DNA from: Octopus sinensis
Lineage: Eukaryota
DNA: 64,000 bases
Reading direction: 5' to 3'
Assembly (NCBI RefSeq): GCF_006345805.1
Contig: NW_021835954.1
Span: 216,549 to 280,548 of the forward strand
The notes below the pieces were generated by a model. It was not told where the DNA came from and did no database searches. It saw only the letters and a program-made list of their open reading frames with translations. Shown piece by piece: positions 10,593 to 25,798 of the stretch. The stretch's first letter is position 1. Each line of letters opens with the position of its first letter. The position numbers and the translations under genes are program-made.

Positions 10593-13350
10593 CAGTAGTT
10601 TTATTTTTATTGCGTGCTTTCACTTCACTACCGAGCGCAGCTCTGTATGCCTTGGTTATGTGCTGTGATTTGTCGTGATGCTCTGATGGTTATTGTATGG
10701 AAAATGTTCTGCGTAGGATTTGTGCAGTGCCTAGTAGTGCAATTTTCTGTATGTTATATGTGTTTGTAAGTCCTGGTGTTTTTGTTATGTATTTGTCTGA
10801 ATATTTTTTTATCATGCCTAATGCACCTACTATGATAGGAATTGTTTCTGTTTTCAGATTCCACATTCTAGTTACCTCTATTTCCAGGTCTTTGTATTTT
10901 GAGAGTTTCTCCATTTCTTTTAGAGACACGTTGTCATCAGCCGGTATTGATACATCAACTAGAAAGCATTTTTTTCCTTCATGGTCTCTGACAACTATAT
11001 CTGGTCTGTTGGCCTTAATTTCTCTATCTGTGTGTATCGGCATATCCCAGAGTATGGTTGCTTTCTCGTTTTCTGTGACCTTTTCTGGTGTGTGCCTATA
11101 CCATCTTTTTTCTGTTGTTATTCCATAATGTTGGCATAGCTTCCAATGTATGTAGGTTCCAACTCTGTCATGTCTGTGAATATATTCCTTTTTCGCCAGG
11201 ACTGGGCAGCTAGAGATAATATGATTTATTGTTTCTTGTCCATCTCCACATATTCTGCAGTTACTTGTAATATTTCTTTTCATCACATGTTTTTGGTAAT
11301 TTCTGGTGGGGAGGCTTTAGTCTTGTGCTGCAATTAAAAATCCCTCTGTTTCTGCTTTGAGTCCTGAGCTTCTCAACCATTGCTGGGATTTTTCTTTGTC
11401 TATTTCTTTTGCGTTTAGTTTAGTGCAGTATTTACCATGAAGGGGCTTTTCTTGCCATCGTTTTATCATGGTTCGTTGCTGTTCTATTTTTAGTTTGGAT
11501 TTCATTTGTTTTATAGCTTTTGTTGTTTCTTCATCTTCTTCTTCTTCTTCATGTTTATTAGGTGGTATGATTTCTTGTTTGTATTTGTCAGCTTCCTTAA
11601 ATACTGAGAACAGTTTTTTGTTTTGCTCGTGTTTTGCCGCTATCTGGATCAGTTTTCCTTCCTTCTGAAGTAGATATTTTTGCAGTCCTATGGTGGTTAT
11701 TTTATAGTAGTTTTCCAGCTGTATAAGGCCTCTACCACCTTCTATACGTTGTATATATAGTCTTTCTATGTCAGATTTTGGGTGATGCATCCTAGATCCT
11801 GTCATTATTTTTCTTGTTTTCCTATCTATTTTGGTCAGTTCATTTCGTGTCCAGTTAAGGATATTGTAGCTGTAACTTATAACTGGGACAGCTAAAGTGT
11901 TGATACCTATTATCTTGTTTTTAGCATTGAGCTCTGTGTTTAGTATTGATCTAACTCGTCTATAATATTCTTTTTTTATTTTCTCTTTCATTTGTGTGTG
12001 TTGTGTCTTATCTAGTTCATGGATTCCTAAGTATTTGTAAGTTTGGCTTTGGTCTAATTCTTTTATTTCATTGGTTTTATCTAGTGTGATGTTGTTACTC
12101 TTAACTAGTTTTCCTCTTTTCAGGGTTACTTTGGCGCATTTTTCTAATCCAAATTTCATATCTATTTCTTTGGTAAATCCATGAACTGTCTTTAATAGTG
12201 TTTCCAGCTGTTTGTCATTTGCAGCGTATAGTTTTAGGTCATCCATATATAAAAGGTGGCTGATCGTTTTGCCGTAACATTTATATCCGCATCCAGTTCT
12301 ATTTAGCATATCAGATAGAGGTGACAGTGCCAAGCAGAAAAGGAGTGCAGAGAGCATGTCTCCCTGGAATATTCCTCTTCTAATGGGGATGTCTTTGGTT
12401 TTCATGAGTCCCTCTTTTGTTTGGAGGTGTAGGACTGTTTGCCATTTATTCATAGAGTGCTCTATGAATTTTATGATTGTTGGTGCTACTTTGTTAATGG
12501 CTACAGTTTCGAGGATCCATGTGTGGGGGATGCTATCAAACGCCTTTTTGTAGTCAATCCAGGCCATACTGAGGCCTTTCTTCTTTCTGTGGCTGTCTTC
12601 AGTTACGGCTTTATTAATCATTAGTTGATCTTTACAGCCATATGAGCCCTTGCGGCATCCTTTCTGCTCTTCTGGGAACAGTTTGTTTTCGTCCAGGTGC
12701 TTGTTCAGCCTTTGCGATATCACTGCAGTAAATGCCTTGAACATAGTAGGGAGGCAGGTTATTGGTCTGTAGTTTTCTGGTTTTTCTGTTTCATTTGATT
12801 TGGGAATTAAGATGGTTTTCCCCTTCGTGAGCCATTCAGGCATTGTCTCTGGCTCTGCTAGTATGCTGTTAAAGTTTTCAGCCAGCTTTTTGTGCATTCC
12901 TGTTAGATATTTCAACCAGAAGTTGGGGAACTTGTCATGCCCAGGTGCCTTCCAGTTGCTTAGTTTTTGCAGTGCCTGGGTGAGCTCTTCAGTTGTTATG
13001 GGGGTCCAAAGTTGTTCAGATGCCGAGTTTGTTATTCTCATACTCCTTTTTTTTGGCTGTTCGTTCGCCGACCATATATCTCTCCAGAATTCTTCCAATT
13101 CTTCTGCCGTTGGTGCTGCAGTGACTTCTATTTTATTTTTGCCCAGTTCTTGGTAGAACTTTTTGGGGTCGGAGTTGAACTTTTTGTTCTGTTCAAAGAA
13201 ACGTTGGCGTTTCTCGTACCGGCGGATCCTTTGAGCTTTGGCAAGGATATCTTGCTTCAGCTTTTCTTTTATCTCCGGCAAATCTTTTTCTGTGATGTTA
13301 TATTTGCGGAGCATTTTTGTTCTCTTTTTGTTGCTAAGTAGCGTTGCTAC
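10593..13350 (-). mobile_element. 5'-truncated R4/Dong-like non-LTR retrotransposon (RT, CCHC knuckle, restriction-like endonuclease), one in-frame stop
   Basis: ORFs 11317-13407 and 10690-11286 are in the same frame and separated by one TAA. RT motifs NYRPITCL, DYKKAFDS, GIFQGD and LLYMDDLKL are followed by CRICG..ETINHIISSC, RHD and RPDIVV..LVDVSIP. A ~100-bp 3' UTR follows. Both ends abut (TAA)n. Confidence 0.92.
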
Positions 13351-13375
13351 TACTAATATTATTATTATTAATATT

Positions 13376-13407
<32 letters not shown>

Positions 13408-13423
13408 TATTATTATTATTATT

Positions 13424-13721
13424 GAGTGAGAGAGCAGTTCATGCCATCAAAGTGACACTGGGGTAAAATATACGAAGGCCAATATACCCATCATGACTAC
13501 CCGTCTGATATAGGTACACCAGGCACATGCATCACAACCATATGTGCGCGACATGGTGATCTCATATCAAGATAAACAGCACATGACCTTGCAGGTGGGG
13601 CCCAGTTAGAATTTTCTTCAGGTTGAGTAGGCCATCCTGCTCAAAAGGTCCCTGAATAAGGGTTGCTTTAGGATGTTGAACGAAACACCTATGTTTCCAG
13701 AGGTGAATTATTCAAACCCCA
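13424..13721. mobile_element. ~300-bp non-coding element E embedded in (ATT)n, copy 1 of 4
   Basis: GAGTGAGAGAGCAGTTCATGCC...TTCAAACCCCA. Other copies at 14882-15180, 15373-15559 (about 110 bp deleted internally) and 15683-15980. All share the same ends. Confidence 0.75.
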
Positions 13722-13722
13722 A

Positions 13723-13773
<51 letters not shown>

Positions 13774-13934
13774 TATTATTATTATCATCATCACCATCAT
13801 TATTATTATTATTATTATTATCAATATTATCATTATTATCATTATTATTACTATTATTACTATTATTATTATTACTATTATTATTATTATCATCATCACC
13901 ATCATTATTATTATTATTATTATTATCATTATTA

Positions 13935-13979
<45 letters not shown>

Positions 13980-14074
13980 TTATTATTATGATTGATTGAT
14001 TGATTCTAGTTTCAGCTTATGAGCTGTGGCCATGCTGGGGCATATTATTATTATTATCATTATTATTATTATTA

Positions 14075-14843
14075 CTTTTTTTCTTTTTTCAAATTTGCTT
14101 CCATTTCTTGCAAGTGTCTTCCCGACTCCTAGGGCAAAGAAACTCATAGTGTATATTGGTAGGCCATTAAACCAAACTCAATAGTACGTTCATTTTTTTT
14201 TTACATTAAAAAAATTTTTTTTTTTAAAGTTAAATTAAAATACATGAGCAGTAACAGTTCTCTCGTCGACAATGCTCTTCTCAATACGTGTGATGTACCA
14301 GTTAAGACAATCTTTTGCACTTCTTGCAGGGATGGTAAGCCAGGGATCATTCTCATATAATTTTCGGTTCCCTTCTTGATCATTCCTAGAGCTCCTACGA
14401 TCACTGGTATTGTAACCGCCTTGAGATGCCACATTTTCTCAATTTCAATGAGTAGGTCTTTATATTTTCTGAGCTTGTCAAACTCTTTCGCTGAGATATT
14501 ATGATCACAGGGGATGCTCATGTCGATCAATAAGCAAACTTTATTGTTTTGGTCTTTCACAACTATATCTGGTTTATTGGCTGTGATGGTTCGGTCTGTA
14601 TGTACTGGAAAGTCCCACAGAATGGTTACATTTTCTCCTTCAGTTACAGCCTCAGGGTGGTGATTATACCACTTGTCGGCAGTTTTGATATTGTAATGCC
14701 GACTTATTAGCCAGTGGAGATATTGGCCAACTCTGTCATGTCTTAATTTATACTCCACTGGTGCTAAGACTTTACATCCAGAGATTAGGTGGTCCACTGT
14801 TTCAATCATGTCGTTGCAGAATCGGCATTTTGGGTCTGCTCCA

Positions 14844-14848
<5 letters not shown>
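14075..14848 (-). mobile_element. 3' fragment of a second R4/Dong-like family (CCHC plus restriction-like endonuclease), copy 1
   Basis: GADPKCRFCNDMIETVDHLISGC...RHDRVGQYLHW...KPDIVV...LIDMSIP. About 180 bp of 3' UTR, then (TAA)n. Confidence 0.9.
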
Positions 14849-15980
<1,132 letters not shown>

Positions 15981-16061
15981 ATATTATTATTATTATTATA
16001 ATTATTATTATTATTATTATTATTATCATTATTATGATTATTATGATTATTATGATTATTA

Positions 16062-16100
<39 letters not shown>

Positions 16101-16101
<1 letters not shown>

Positions 16102-16867
16102 TTTTTTTTCTTCTTTCGAATTTGCTTCCATTTCTTGCCGAGTGTCTTCCCGACTCCTAGGGCAAAGAAACTCATAGTGTATATTGGTAGGCCATTAAAC
16201 CAAACTCAATAGTTCGTTCATTTTTTTTTATATAAAAAAATTTTTTTTTAAAGTTAAATTAAAATACATGAGCAGTAACAGTTCTCACATCGACAATGCT
16301 CTTCTCAATACGTGTGATGTACCAGTTAAGACAATCTTTTGCACTTCTTGCAGGGATGGTTAGCCAGGGATCATTCTCATATAATTTTCGGTTCCCTTCT
16401 TGATCATTCCTAGTGCTCCTACGATCACTGGTATTGTAACCGCCTTGAGATGCCACATTTTCTCAATTTCATTGAGTAGGTCTTTATATTTTCTGAGCTT
16501 GTCAAACTCTTTCGCTGAGATATTATGATCACAGGGGATGCTCATGTCGATCAATAAGCAAACTTTATAGTTTTTGTCTTTCACAACAATATCTGGTTTA
16601 TTGGCCTTGATGGTTCCGTCTGTATGTACTGGAAAGTCCCACAGAATGGTTACATTTTCTCCTTCAGTTACAGCCTCAGGGCTGTGATTATACCACTTGT
16701 CGGCAGTTTTGATATTGTAATGCCGACTTATTAGCCAGTGGAGATATTGGCCAACTCTGTCATGTCTTAATTTATACTTCACTGGTGCTAAGACTTTACA
16801 TCCAGAGATTAGGTGGTCCACTGTTTCAATCATGTCGTTGCAGAATCGGCATTTTGGGTCTGCTCCA

Positions 16868-16872
<5 letters not shown>
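16101..16872 (-). mobile_element. Second R4/Dong-like family 3' fragment, copy 2
   Basis: Near-identical to 14075-14848, with the same 5' break at ...KNGADPKC. Confidence 0.9.
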
Positions 16873-16919
<47 letters not shown>

Positions 16920-17065
16920 TTATTATCATTATTATTATTATTTTTTTTTTTTTTTTTATTTTATTATTATTATCATTATTATTATTATTATTATCATTAT
17001 ATTATTATTATCATTATTATCATTATTATCATTATTATTATTATTATTATTATTAATATTATTAA

Positions 17066-17840
17066 TTTTTTTTCTTCTTTCAAATTTGCTTCCATTTCTT
17101 GCCGAGTGTCTTCTCGACTCCTAGAGCAAAGAAACTCATAGTGTATATTGGTAGGCCATTAAACCAAACTCAATAGTTCGTTCATTTTTTTTTTCATTTA
17201 AAAAAATTTTTGTTTTAAAGTTAAATTAAAATACATGAGCAGTAACAGTTCTCACATCGACAATGCTCTTCTCAATACGTGTGATGTACCAGTTAAGACA
17301 ATCTTTTGCACTTCTTGCAGGGATGGTAAGCCAGGGATCATTCTCATATAATTTTCGGTTCCCTTCTTGATCATTCCTAGTGCTCCTACGATCACTGGTA
17401 TTGTAACCGCCTTGAGATGCTACATTTTCTCAATTTCAATGAGTAGGTCTTTATATTTTCTGAGCTTGTCAAACTCTTTCGCTGAGATATTATGATCACA
17501 GGGGATGCTCATGTCGATCAATAAGCAAACTTTATTGTTTTTGTCTTTCACAACTATATCTGGTTTATTGGCCTTGATGGTTCGCTCTGTATGTACTGGA
17601 AAGTCCCACAGAATGGTTACATTTTCTCCTTCAGTTACAGCCTCAGGGTGGTGATTATACCACTTGTCGGCAGTTTTGATATTGTAATGCCGACTTATTA
17701 GCCAGTGGAGATATTGGCCAACTCTGTCATTTCTTAATTTATACTCCACTGGTGCTAATACTTTACATCCAGAGATTAGGTGGTCCACTGTTTCAATCAT
17801 GTCGTTGCAGAATCGGCATTTTGGGTCTGCTCCATTTTTT
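17066..17840 (-). mobile_element. Second R4/Dong-like family 3' fragment, copy 3
   Basis: Near-identical to copies 1 and 2, with the same 5' break. Confidence 0.9.
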
Positions 17841-17892
17841 AAAAATTATTATTATTATTATTATTATTATTTTTATTATAATTATTATTATA

Positions 17893-17923
<31 letters not shown>

Positions 17924-17924
<1 letters not shown>

Positions 17925-18169
17925 TTTTTTTTCTTCTTTCAAATTTGCTTCCACTTCTTGCAGAGTGTCTTCCCGACTCCTAGGGCAAAGAAACTCATAG
18001 TGTATATTGGTAGGCCATTAAACCAAACTCAATAGTTCGTTCATTTTTTTTTATATAAAAAATTTTTTTTTTAAGTTAAATTAAAATAGATGAGCAGCAA
18101 CAGTTCTCACATCGACAATGCTCTTCTCAATACGTGTGATGTACCAGTTAAGACAATCTTTTGCACTTC
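17924..18169 (-). mobile_element. Second R4/Dong-like family, partial copy 4, fused directly to the 23-bp array
   Basis: 3' UTR plus last codons (EVQKIVLTGTSHVLRRALSM*). Junction ...TTGCACTTC|TATGTCGGTAC. Confidence 0.85.
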
Positions 18170-21100
18170 TATGTCGGTACTCCTCTTTGATCTCTGTCGG
18201 CATCCCTCTTTCATCTCTGTCGATACTCCTATTTGATCTCTGTCGGTACTCCCCTTTGATCTCTCTCGGTACTCCCCTTTGATCTCTGTCGGCATTCCTC
18301 TTTGATCTCTGTCGGCATTCTTCTTTGATCTTTGACGGCATTTGTCTTAGAAATCTGTCGGTACTCCTCTTTGATCTATGTTTGCATTCCTCTTTGATCT
18401 CTGTCGGTACTCCTATTTGATCTCTGTCGGTACTCCCCTTTGATCTCTCTCGGTACACCTCTTTGATCTCTGACGGCATTCCTCTTTGATCTCTGTCGGT
18501 ACTCCCCTTTCATCTCTGTCGGCATTCCTCTTTGATCTCTGACGGCACTCCTCTTTGAACTCTGTCGGCATTTCTATTTGAACTCTGTCGGTACTCCCCT
18601 TTGATCTCTATCGGCGTTCCTCTTTGATCTCTGAATGCATTCCTCTTTGATCTATGTCGGTACTCCCCGTTGATCTCTGTCGGCATTTCACTTTGATCTA
18701 TGTCGGTACTCCTCTTTGATCTCTGTCGGCATTCCTCTTTGATCTCTGTCGGTACTCCTCTTTGATCTCTGTCGGCATTCCTCTTTGATATCTGTCGGTA
18801 CTCCCCTTTGATCTCTGTCGGCATTCCTCTTTGATCTCTGTTGGTACTCCTCTTTGATCTCTATCGGCATTCCTCTTAGATCTCTGTCGGTATTCCTATT
18901 TGATCTCTGTTTGTATTCCCCTTTGATCTATCTCGGTACTCCTCTTTGATCTCTGTCGGCATTCCTCTTTGATCTCTGACGGCATTCCTCTTTGATCTCT
19001 GTCGGCATTCCTCTTTGATCTCTGTCGGTACTCCCCTTTGATCTTTGTCGGCATTCCTCTTTGATCTCTGACGGCATTCCTCTTTGATCTCTGTCGGTAC
19101 TCCTCTTTGATCTCTGTCGGCATTCCTCTTTGATCTCTGTCGGTATTCCTCTCTGATCTCTGTCGGCATTCCTCTTTGATCTCTGTTGGTACTCCCCTTT
19201 GATCTCTGTCGGCATTCCTCTTTGATCTCTGTCGGTACTCCCCTTTGATCTGTCGACATTCCTCTTTGATCTCTGTCGGCATTCCTCTTTGATATTTGAC
19301 GGCATTTATCTTTGATATCTGTCGGCAATCCTCTTTGATCTCTGTCGGCATTCCTCTTTGATCTCTGTCGGTACTCCCCTTTGATCTCTGTCGACATTCC
19401 TCTTTGATCTCTGTCGGCATTCCTCTTTGATATTTGACGGCATTTATCTTTGATATCTGTCGGCATTCCTCTTTGATTTCTGCCGGTACTCCTATTTGAT
19501 CTCTGTCGGGACTCCCCTTTGATCTCTCTCGGTACTCCTCTTTGATCTCTGACGGCATTCCTCTTTGATATCTGTCGGTACTCCCCTTTGATCTCTGTCG
19601 GCATTCCTCTTGATCTATGTCGGTACTCCTCTTTGATCTCTGTCGGTACTCCCCTTTGATCTCTGTCGGCATTCCTCTTTGATCTCTGTCGGAACTCCCC
19701 TTTGATCTATGTCGGCATTCCTCTTTGATCTCTCTCGGCATTCCTCTTTGATCTTTGACGGCATTTGTCTTTGATATATGTCGGTCCTCCCCTTTGATCT
19801 CTGTCGGCATTCCTCTTTGATCTCTGTCGGTACTCCTATTTGATCTCTGTCGGTACTCCCCTTCGATCTCTCTCGGTACTCCTCTTTGATCACTGTCGGT
19901 ACTCCCCTTTGATCCTTGTCGGCATTCCTCTTTGATACTGACGGCATTCATCTTTGATACTGACGGCATTCATCTTTGATCTCTGACGGCAATCCTCTTT
20001 GATCTCTGTCGGTACCCACCTATGATCTCTGTCGGCATTCCTTTTGTATCTCTGTCGGCATTCCTCTTTGATCTCTGTTGGCATTCCTATTTGATCTCTG
20101 TCGGTACTCCCCTTTGATCTCTATCGGTACTCCTCTTTGATCTCTGTCGGTACCCCCCTTTGATCTCTGTCGGCATTCCTCTTTGATCTCAGTCGGCATT
20201 CCTCTTTGATCTTTGACGGCATTTGTCTTCGATCTCTGTCAGTACTCCAATTTGATCTCTGTCGGTACTCCCCTTTGATCTCTCTCGGTACTCCTCTTTG
20301 ATCTCTGCCGGTACTCCCCTTTGATCTCTGTCGGCATTCCTCTTTGATCTCTGACGGCCTTCCTCTTTGATATCTGTCGGTATTCCTCTTTGATATGTGT
20401 TGGTACTCCCCTTTGATCTCTGTCGGCATTCCTCTTTGATCTATGTCGGCAATCCTCTTTGATCTTTGACGGCATTTGTCTTTGATATCTGTCGGTACTC
20501 CTGTTTGATCTATATCGGAATTCCTCTTAGATCTCTCTCGGTACTCCTCTTTGATCTCTGTCGGTACTCCCCTTTGATCTCTGTCGGCATTCCTCTTTGA
20601 TCTCTGTCGGCATTCCTCTTTGATCTCAGTCGGAACTCCCCTTTGATCTCTGTCGGCATACCTCTTTGATATCTGTCGGCATTCCTCTTTGATCTTTGAC
20701 GGCATTTGTCTTTCATATCTGTCGGTACTCCCCTTTGATCTCTGTCGGCATTCCTCATTGATCTCTGTCGGTACTCCTCTTTGATCTCTGTCGGCATTCC
20801 TCTTTGATCTCTGTCGGTATTCCCTTTGATCTCTGTCGGCATTCCTCTTTGATCTCTGTCGGTACCCCCCTTTGATATCTGTCGGCATTCCTCTTTGATC
20901 TCTGTCGGCATTCCTCTTTGATCTTTCACGGCATTTGTCTTTGATATCTGTCGGTACTCCCCTTTGATCTCTGCCGGCATTCCTCTTTGATCTCTGTCGG
21001 TACTCCTCTTTGATCTCTGTCCGCATTCCTCTTTGATCTCTGTCGGTACTCCCCTTTGGTCTCTGTCGGCATTCCTCTTTGATCTCTTTCGGTACTCTCC

Positions 21101-21919
21101 TTTGATCTCTGTCGGCATTCTTCTTTGATCTCTGTCGGTACTCCCCTTTGATATCTGTCGGCATTCCTCTTTAATCTTTGTCGGTACTCCTATTTGATCT
21201 CTGTCGGTACTCCCCTTTGATCTCTGTCGGCATTCCCCTTTGATCTCTGACGACATTCCTCTTTGATCTATGTCGGTACTATCCTTTGATCTCTGTCGGC
21301 ATTCCTCATTGATCTCTGTCGGTACTCCTCTTTGATCAATGTCGGCATTCCTCTCTGATCTCTGTCGGTTTTCCTATTTGATCTCTGTCTGCATTCTCTT
21401 TGATCTCTGTCAATACTCCTCTCTGATCTCTGATTGCATTCCTCTTTGATCTCAATCGGTACTCCTCTTTGATCTCTGATTGCATTCCTCTTTGATCTCA
21501 ATCGGTACTCCTCTTTGATCTCTGAGAGCATTCCTCTTTGATCTCTGTCGGTACTTCTTTTTGATCTCTGCCGGCATTCCTCTATGACCTCTGTCGGTAC
21601 TCCTCTCTGATCATTTACGGCATTCCTCTTTGATCTCTGTAGGTACTCCTCTTTGATCTCTGTCGATACTCCTTTTTGATCTCAGAAGGCATTCCACTTT
21701 GATCTCTGTCGGTACACCCCTTTGAACTCTGTCGGCATTCCTCTTTGATTTCTTTCGGTACTCCACTGTGATTTCTGACGCCATTCCTTTTGATCTCTGT
21801 CAGTACTCATCTTTGATCTCTGTCGGCATTCCTCTTTGATCTCCGTCGGTACTCCTCTTTGACCTCTGTCGGCATTCCTCTTTGATCTCAGTCGGTACTC
21901 CTCTTTGATCTCTGTTGGC
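18170..21919. repeat. 23-bp minisatellite, main block (~160 units)
   Basis: Variants TCCTCTTTGATCTCTGTCGGCAT and TCCCCTTTGATCTCTGTCGGTAC. A recurrent shorter variant TGTCTTTGATAT(C/T)TG is interspersed. Confidence 0.95.
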
Positions 21920-22276
21920 GCAACAATAACATTGTTGATTTAATAAGAACCTTAATCATCATCTGCATCAACTTGCCCATCATCATCTGCATCATCAGCT
22001 GCAGCAATATCGTCCTCCCCCTCCTCATCATCATCATCACTATCGTCATCATATTTCAACCATTAAACATTATTTTACTAAATGCCTGATTGGCTCTTTC
22101 TTCTTTTTCTTTCTTTCCTTCTTCCAGTACTAAAAAGGATGCAATTCGAAAGGAAGAAACTCACCCAATAAAACCGAGATAATCTGCGGAAGATGTAAAA
22201 CTTTAATGTACGTACGTATGTATGTATGTTCGTATGTATGTATGTATGTATGTATATATGTATGTATGTATGTATG

Positions 22277-22308
<32 letters not shown>

Positions 22309-22457
22309 TGTATGTATGTATGTATGTAGGTGAGCACACACAGACAGATAGACAAATAGATACATAGATCATACAAGTAACACAAGAAACGATACTAATA
22401 CACTATACGCTTGTAAAGGCATATGCTTATATTTATATAGATGTATAAATGTGTGTT

Positions 22458-22505
<48 letters not shown>

Positions 22506-22744
22506 ATATAATATATATATATAAGAGAGATTGAAAGTATGGTTGTTAGTTCCACGTGGTTGAATATACAAGGAAAGAGAAAAGATGAAAAACCACTGAA
22601 GATTTGTTTGACATGACTAAATAATATTTTGGAATCATCAAAACGGAATATTTATATAATATTATACAAAATCAGATTTTTGCCTTCGGAAACATAAAAT
22701 AACCAGTTTGGCTTGATGCAGTTTGGAATTCGAGATTTTGTATG

Positions 22745-22972
22745 CTAGTCGAGATAATTGGTAACCAAGGTATTTTTTATCGAAAACTATAAACCAGAAT
22801 TAAATATAAACCCATATTGAAAAGTAAAGATTTAACCACGATAGGTTAAATCTTTACTTTTGAATATAATATTCATATCAGCCAGAATCAAATAAAAAAA
22901 ATCAATATTAAAGATTACGGATTTACCTCCCTTGTACTGAAGAATAATTTGGTTACCAATTATCTCCCCTAG
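22745..22972. mobile_element. Small MITE-like element with TIRs and an internal 18-bp hairpin
   Basis: CTAGTCGAGATAATTGGTAACCAA pairs with TTGGTTACCAATTATCTCCCCTAG. Internal AAAAGTAAAGATTTAACC-acgata-GGTTAAATCTTTACTTTT at 22820-22861. Confidence 0.55.
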
Positions 22973-23068
22973 CAAACAAACTATTTTAACTCCAAATTCG
23001 ATCCAGCGAAACCGGTGACGTGATGTTGGAAGAGCAAAAATCTTATTTTCTATAATATTGCATAATAC

Positions 23069-23508
23069 GGATCTTTTCGGTTTTAACGGTAGTTTTTAAC
23101 ATAATTTCTAGGTAACTAAAAAATTTTAAACTTCGTATACTGGTAGAATGTGTTTATAAAACATCTTTTTTCTCCTGGCTTTATTGAGAAAATTCTATAG
23201 TTATTCTATAGATATTTGTTGTTTTATTTTCTTCAATTTCTGCAATTTCAACCATTCAATGACGTCCATTGAGGTTAAAAGAACATTCTGTGCCGTATGA
23301 ATATCTCCCTCGTTTAAGAAACAAGTTGGGTTTATTTACATTTGTGAAGAAAAGAAGATACCCTCCCCACCACCCCTAACGCTAACCTTAATCAACCCTA
23401 ACCCTAAAACAGATTGAAATGCAATAGACCGATACTAGGGTCAAAATTATGGGTGACAATTTCATATGACACCGCTTGAAAAAACTACCGTTCAAACCGA
23501 ATAGATCC
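23069..23508. mobile_element. MITE with ~30-bp TIRs and internal CCCTAA motifs
   Basis: GGATCTTTTCGGTTTTAACGGTAGTTTTT pairs with AAAAACTACCGTTCAAACCGAATAGATCC. ATAATA occurs on both flanks. Confidence 0.65.
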
Positions 23509-23546
23509 AATAATACTTCCGTTATATATTCTTCATGTGTGTATGT

Positions 23547-23621
<75 letters not shown>

Positions 23622-23624
<3 letters not shown>

Positions 23625-23890
23625 TGTAGGAGTGGCTGTGTGATAAGTAGCTTGCTTACCAACCACATGGTTCCGGGTTCAGTCCCACTGCGTGGCACCT
23701 TGGACAAATGTCTTCTGCTATAGCCTCAGGCTGACCAAAGCCTTGTGAGTGGATTCGGTAGACCGAAACTGAAAGAAGACCGTCGTATATATGTGTATAT
23801 GTGTGTTTACGATGCTGGTGTTTCTCCGTCCCCGTAACTTAGCGGTTCGGCAAAAGTAACCGATAGAATAAATACAAGGCTTAGAAAGAA
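23622..23890 (+). mobile_element. tRNA-derived SINE, family C (CORE-like GGCACCTTGG(G/A)CAAGTGTC segment)
   Basis: Homologous to the full copy at 52870-53280. Confidence 0.8.
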
Positions 23891-24404
23891 TAAATCATTT
23901 TGGGGCAAATTCTCTTGCAACCTGAGAGGAAATTTTAAGTGCACATGCACTTCATTTGATTACTGTGTTTCATGGGTATAGTTTCACTGATCGTGAGAAT
24001 CAAATATACATTGTAACGTTTAGTACCGACAATTTTAAGTGCAAGTGTTAAGAAAATATATGTTACAGCAACCTTGGAATGCAGAAATGATGAGCATTTT
24101 AACCCCACAACAATTTAAGCCAAATTTTGTTTATCAGTTAATTAAAAATCATCGTACGCTTTACTTGAGTGGCCTAGATAAAAATGTATTTGTTTCAACC
24201 CATCTTTAGCGCATATTCCATTTGTGTATAAAATTTCAAGAAAATCGGTTGAAAACTCTAAAATTTATGGCAGAAAATATCATTCATATGAGAATTTGCA
24301 TTATTGATTTTTGAAAAATCGATGCTGATAAAAAATTATCAATTTTTCTGAAATTCCAAGTGCGTAAGACCAGTTGGATAGTCTCAGAGGAGTTCAAGTA
24401 ACAA

Positions 24405-24791
24405 TGGATGGAAGCACTCCGTCGGTTACGACGACGAGGGTTCCGGTTGATCCGATCAACGGAACAGCCTGCTCGTGAAATTAACGTGTAAGTGGCTGAG
24501 CACTCCACAGACACGTGTACCCTTAACGTAGTTCTCGGGGATATTCAGCGTGACACAGAAAGTGACAAGGCCGGCCCTTTGAAATACAGGTACAACAGAA
24601 ACAGGAAGTAAGAGTGAGAGAAAGTTGTAGTGAAAGAGTACAGCAGGGATCACCACCATCCTTGCTGGAGCCTCGTGGAGCTTTAGGTGTTTTCGCTCAA
24701 TAAACACTCACAACGCCCGGTCTGGGAATCGAAACCACGATCCTACGACCGCGAGTCCGCTGCCCAAACCACTGGGCCATTGCGCCTCCAC
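24405..24791 (-). mobile_element. Full-length tRNA-derived SINE with 12-bp TSD
   Basis: Inverted copy of 951-1329. TSD TTCAAGTAACAA at 24393-24404 and 24792-24803. Confidence 0.88.
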
Positions 24792-24914
24792 TTCAAGTAA
24801 CAAACACACGTGCACACACACACACACACACAGCCACAGACAGACGGAAACTGCCATTTATCTCTATAAATTTTACCAATTCCTACTTATCATTTGTATT
24901 ATTTATTCTACTTA

Positions 24915-25125
24915 GGACGGCGAGCTGGCAGAATCGTTAGCACGCTGGACGAAATGCTTACTGGTATTTCGCCCATCGCTACATTCTGAGTTCAAATTCC
25001 GCCGAGGTAGACTTTGCTTTTCATTTTTTTGGGATCGATAAATTAAGTACAAGTTGTGTACTGGGATCGATTGTCCCCCTTCCTGCAAAAATCCAGGCTT
25101 TGTGCCCATTGTAAGAAGGATTATA
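24915..25125 (+). mobile_element. SINE family A (GGCGAGCTGGCAGAA...GTTCAAATTCCGCCGAGGTCGACTTTGCCTTTCATCC)
   Basis: More than ten further copies or fragments, at about 37510-37660, 39240-40075, 43540-43735, 44976-45562, 46682-46805, 47101-47450, 50510-50610 and 59280-59510. Confidence 0.85.
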
Positions 25126-25583
25126 TGTACTATTAGTTGTTTAAATTTTTTATCTCCTATTCCACACACCACCACCTCTCTCTCTCCCTCTCGCACGCAC
25201 ACATACACACACATACACACTACACATATACACAGACATACATACACACATATACACATTCCCACTCCGTCCACGCACAAATACCAACACACATGCCAAC
25301 ATACACACACACATCACTATCACCACACTCCCCCATTCACACACCCTTCAGAAAACACACCCATTCTCAAGCTCCCCCCTCTCTCTCTCTCTCTCTCACG
25401 CACACGCACAGTTACCACAACATACACACATGCTATCAAGCACGTTCACATACGTTCTCAGTTACTGCCACACACACGCTACCATACACACATGGTATGA
25501 CACACATATGTCCCTACTACCACACGCATGCACACACAGTTACCGCCACACACACACACACGCTGTCACACTCACACACGCCA

Positions 25584-25618
<35 letters not shown>

Positions 25619-25763
25619 TACCAACCATTCTTCACATTCTCCTTCCCAGAAAACACTTTCTCTTTGTCCATCTACTTCCGGTCATTCCAAAATGTAACTA
25701 CACATGGATTGTTGGCGATTTTTCATCCTTCTTCCTTTTCTTTTGGACTTTCCTATGTCTCCT

Positions 25764-25798
25764 GTTTCCGAAGAAGAGCTTTGCTCGAAACGTAAAAC
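25764..25798 (+). ncRNA. Minimal type I hammerhead-like motif (CCGAAGA core)
   Basis: GTTT | CCGAAGA-A | GAGC-ttt-GCTC | GAAA-CGT-A | AAAC. Stem I 4 bp, stem II 4 bp, self-complementary ACGT stem III, GUA site. Confidence 0.6.

Noticed and set aside
18081-21531. Long minus-strand ORFs (DRDQRGMPTEIKEECRQRSKRNA repeats)
   Set aside because: All three frames give the same 23-aa cycle because the unit is 23 bp. The unit length is not a multiple of 3 and indels are frequent, so this is a stop-poor satellite artefact.
23383-23408. Interstitial telomere (CCCTAA)
   Set aside because: Only a few imperfect units, and they lie inside a TIR-bounded MITE.
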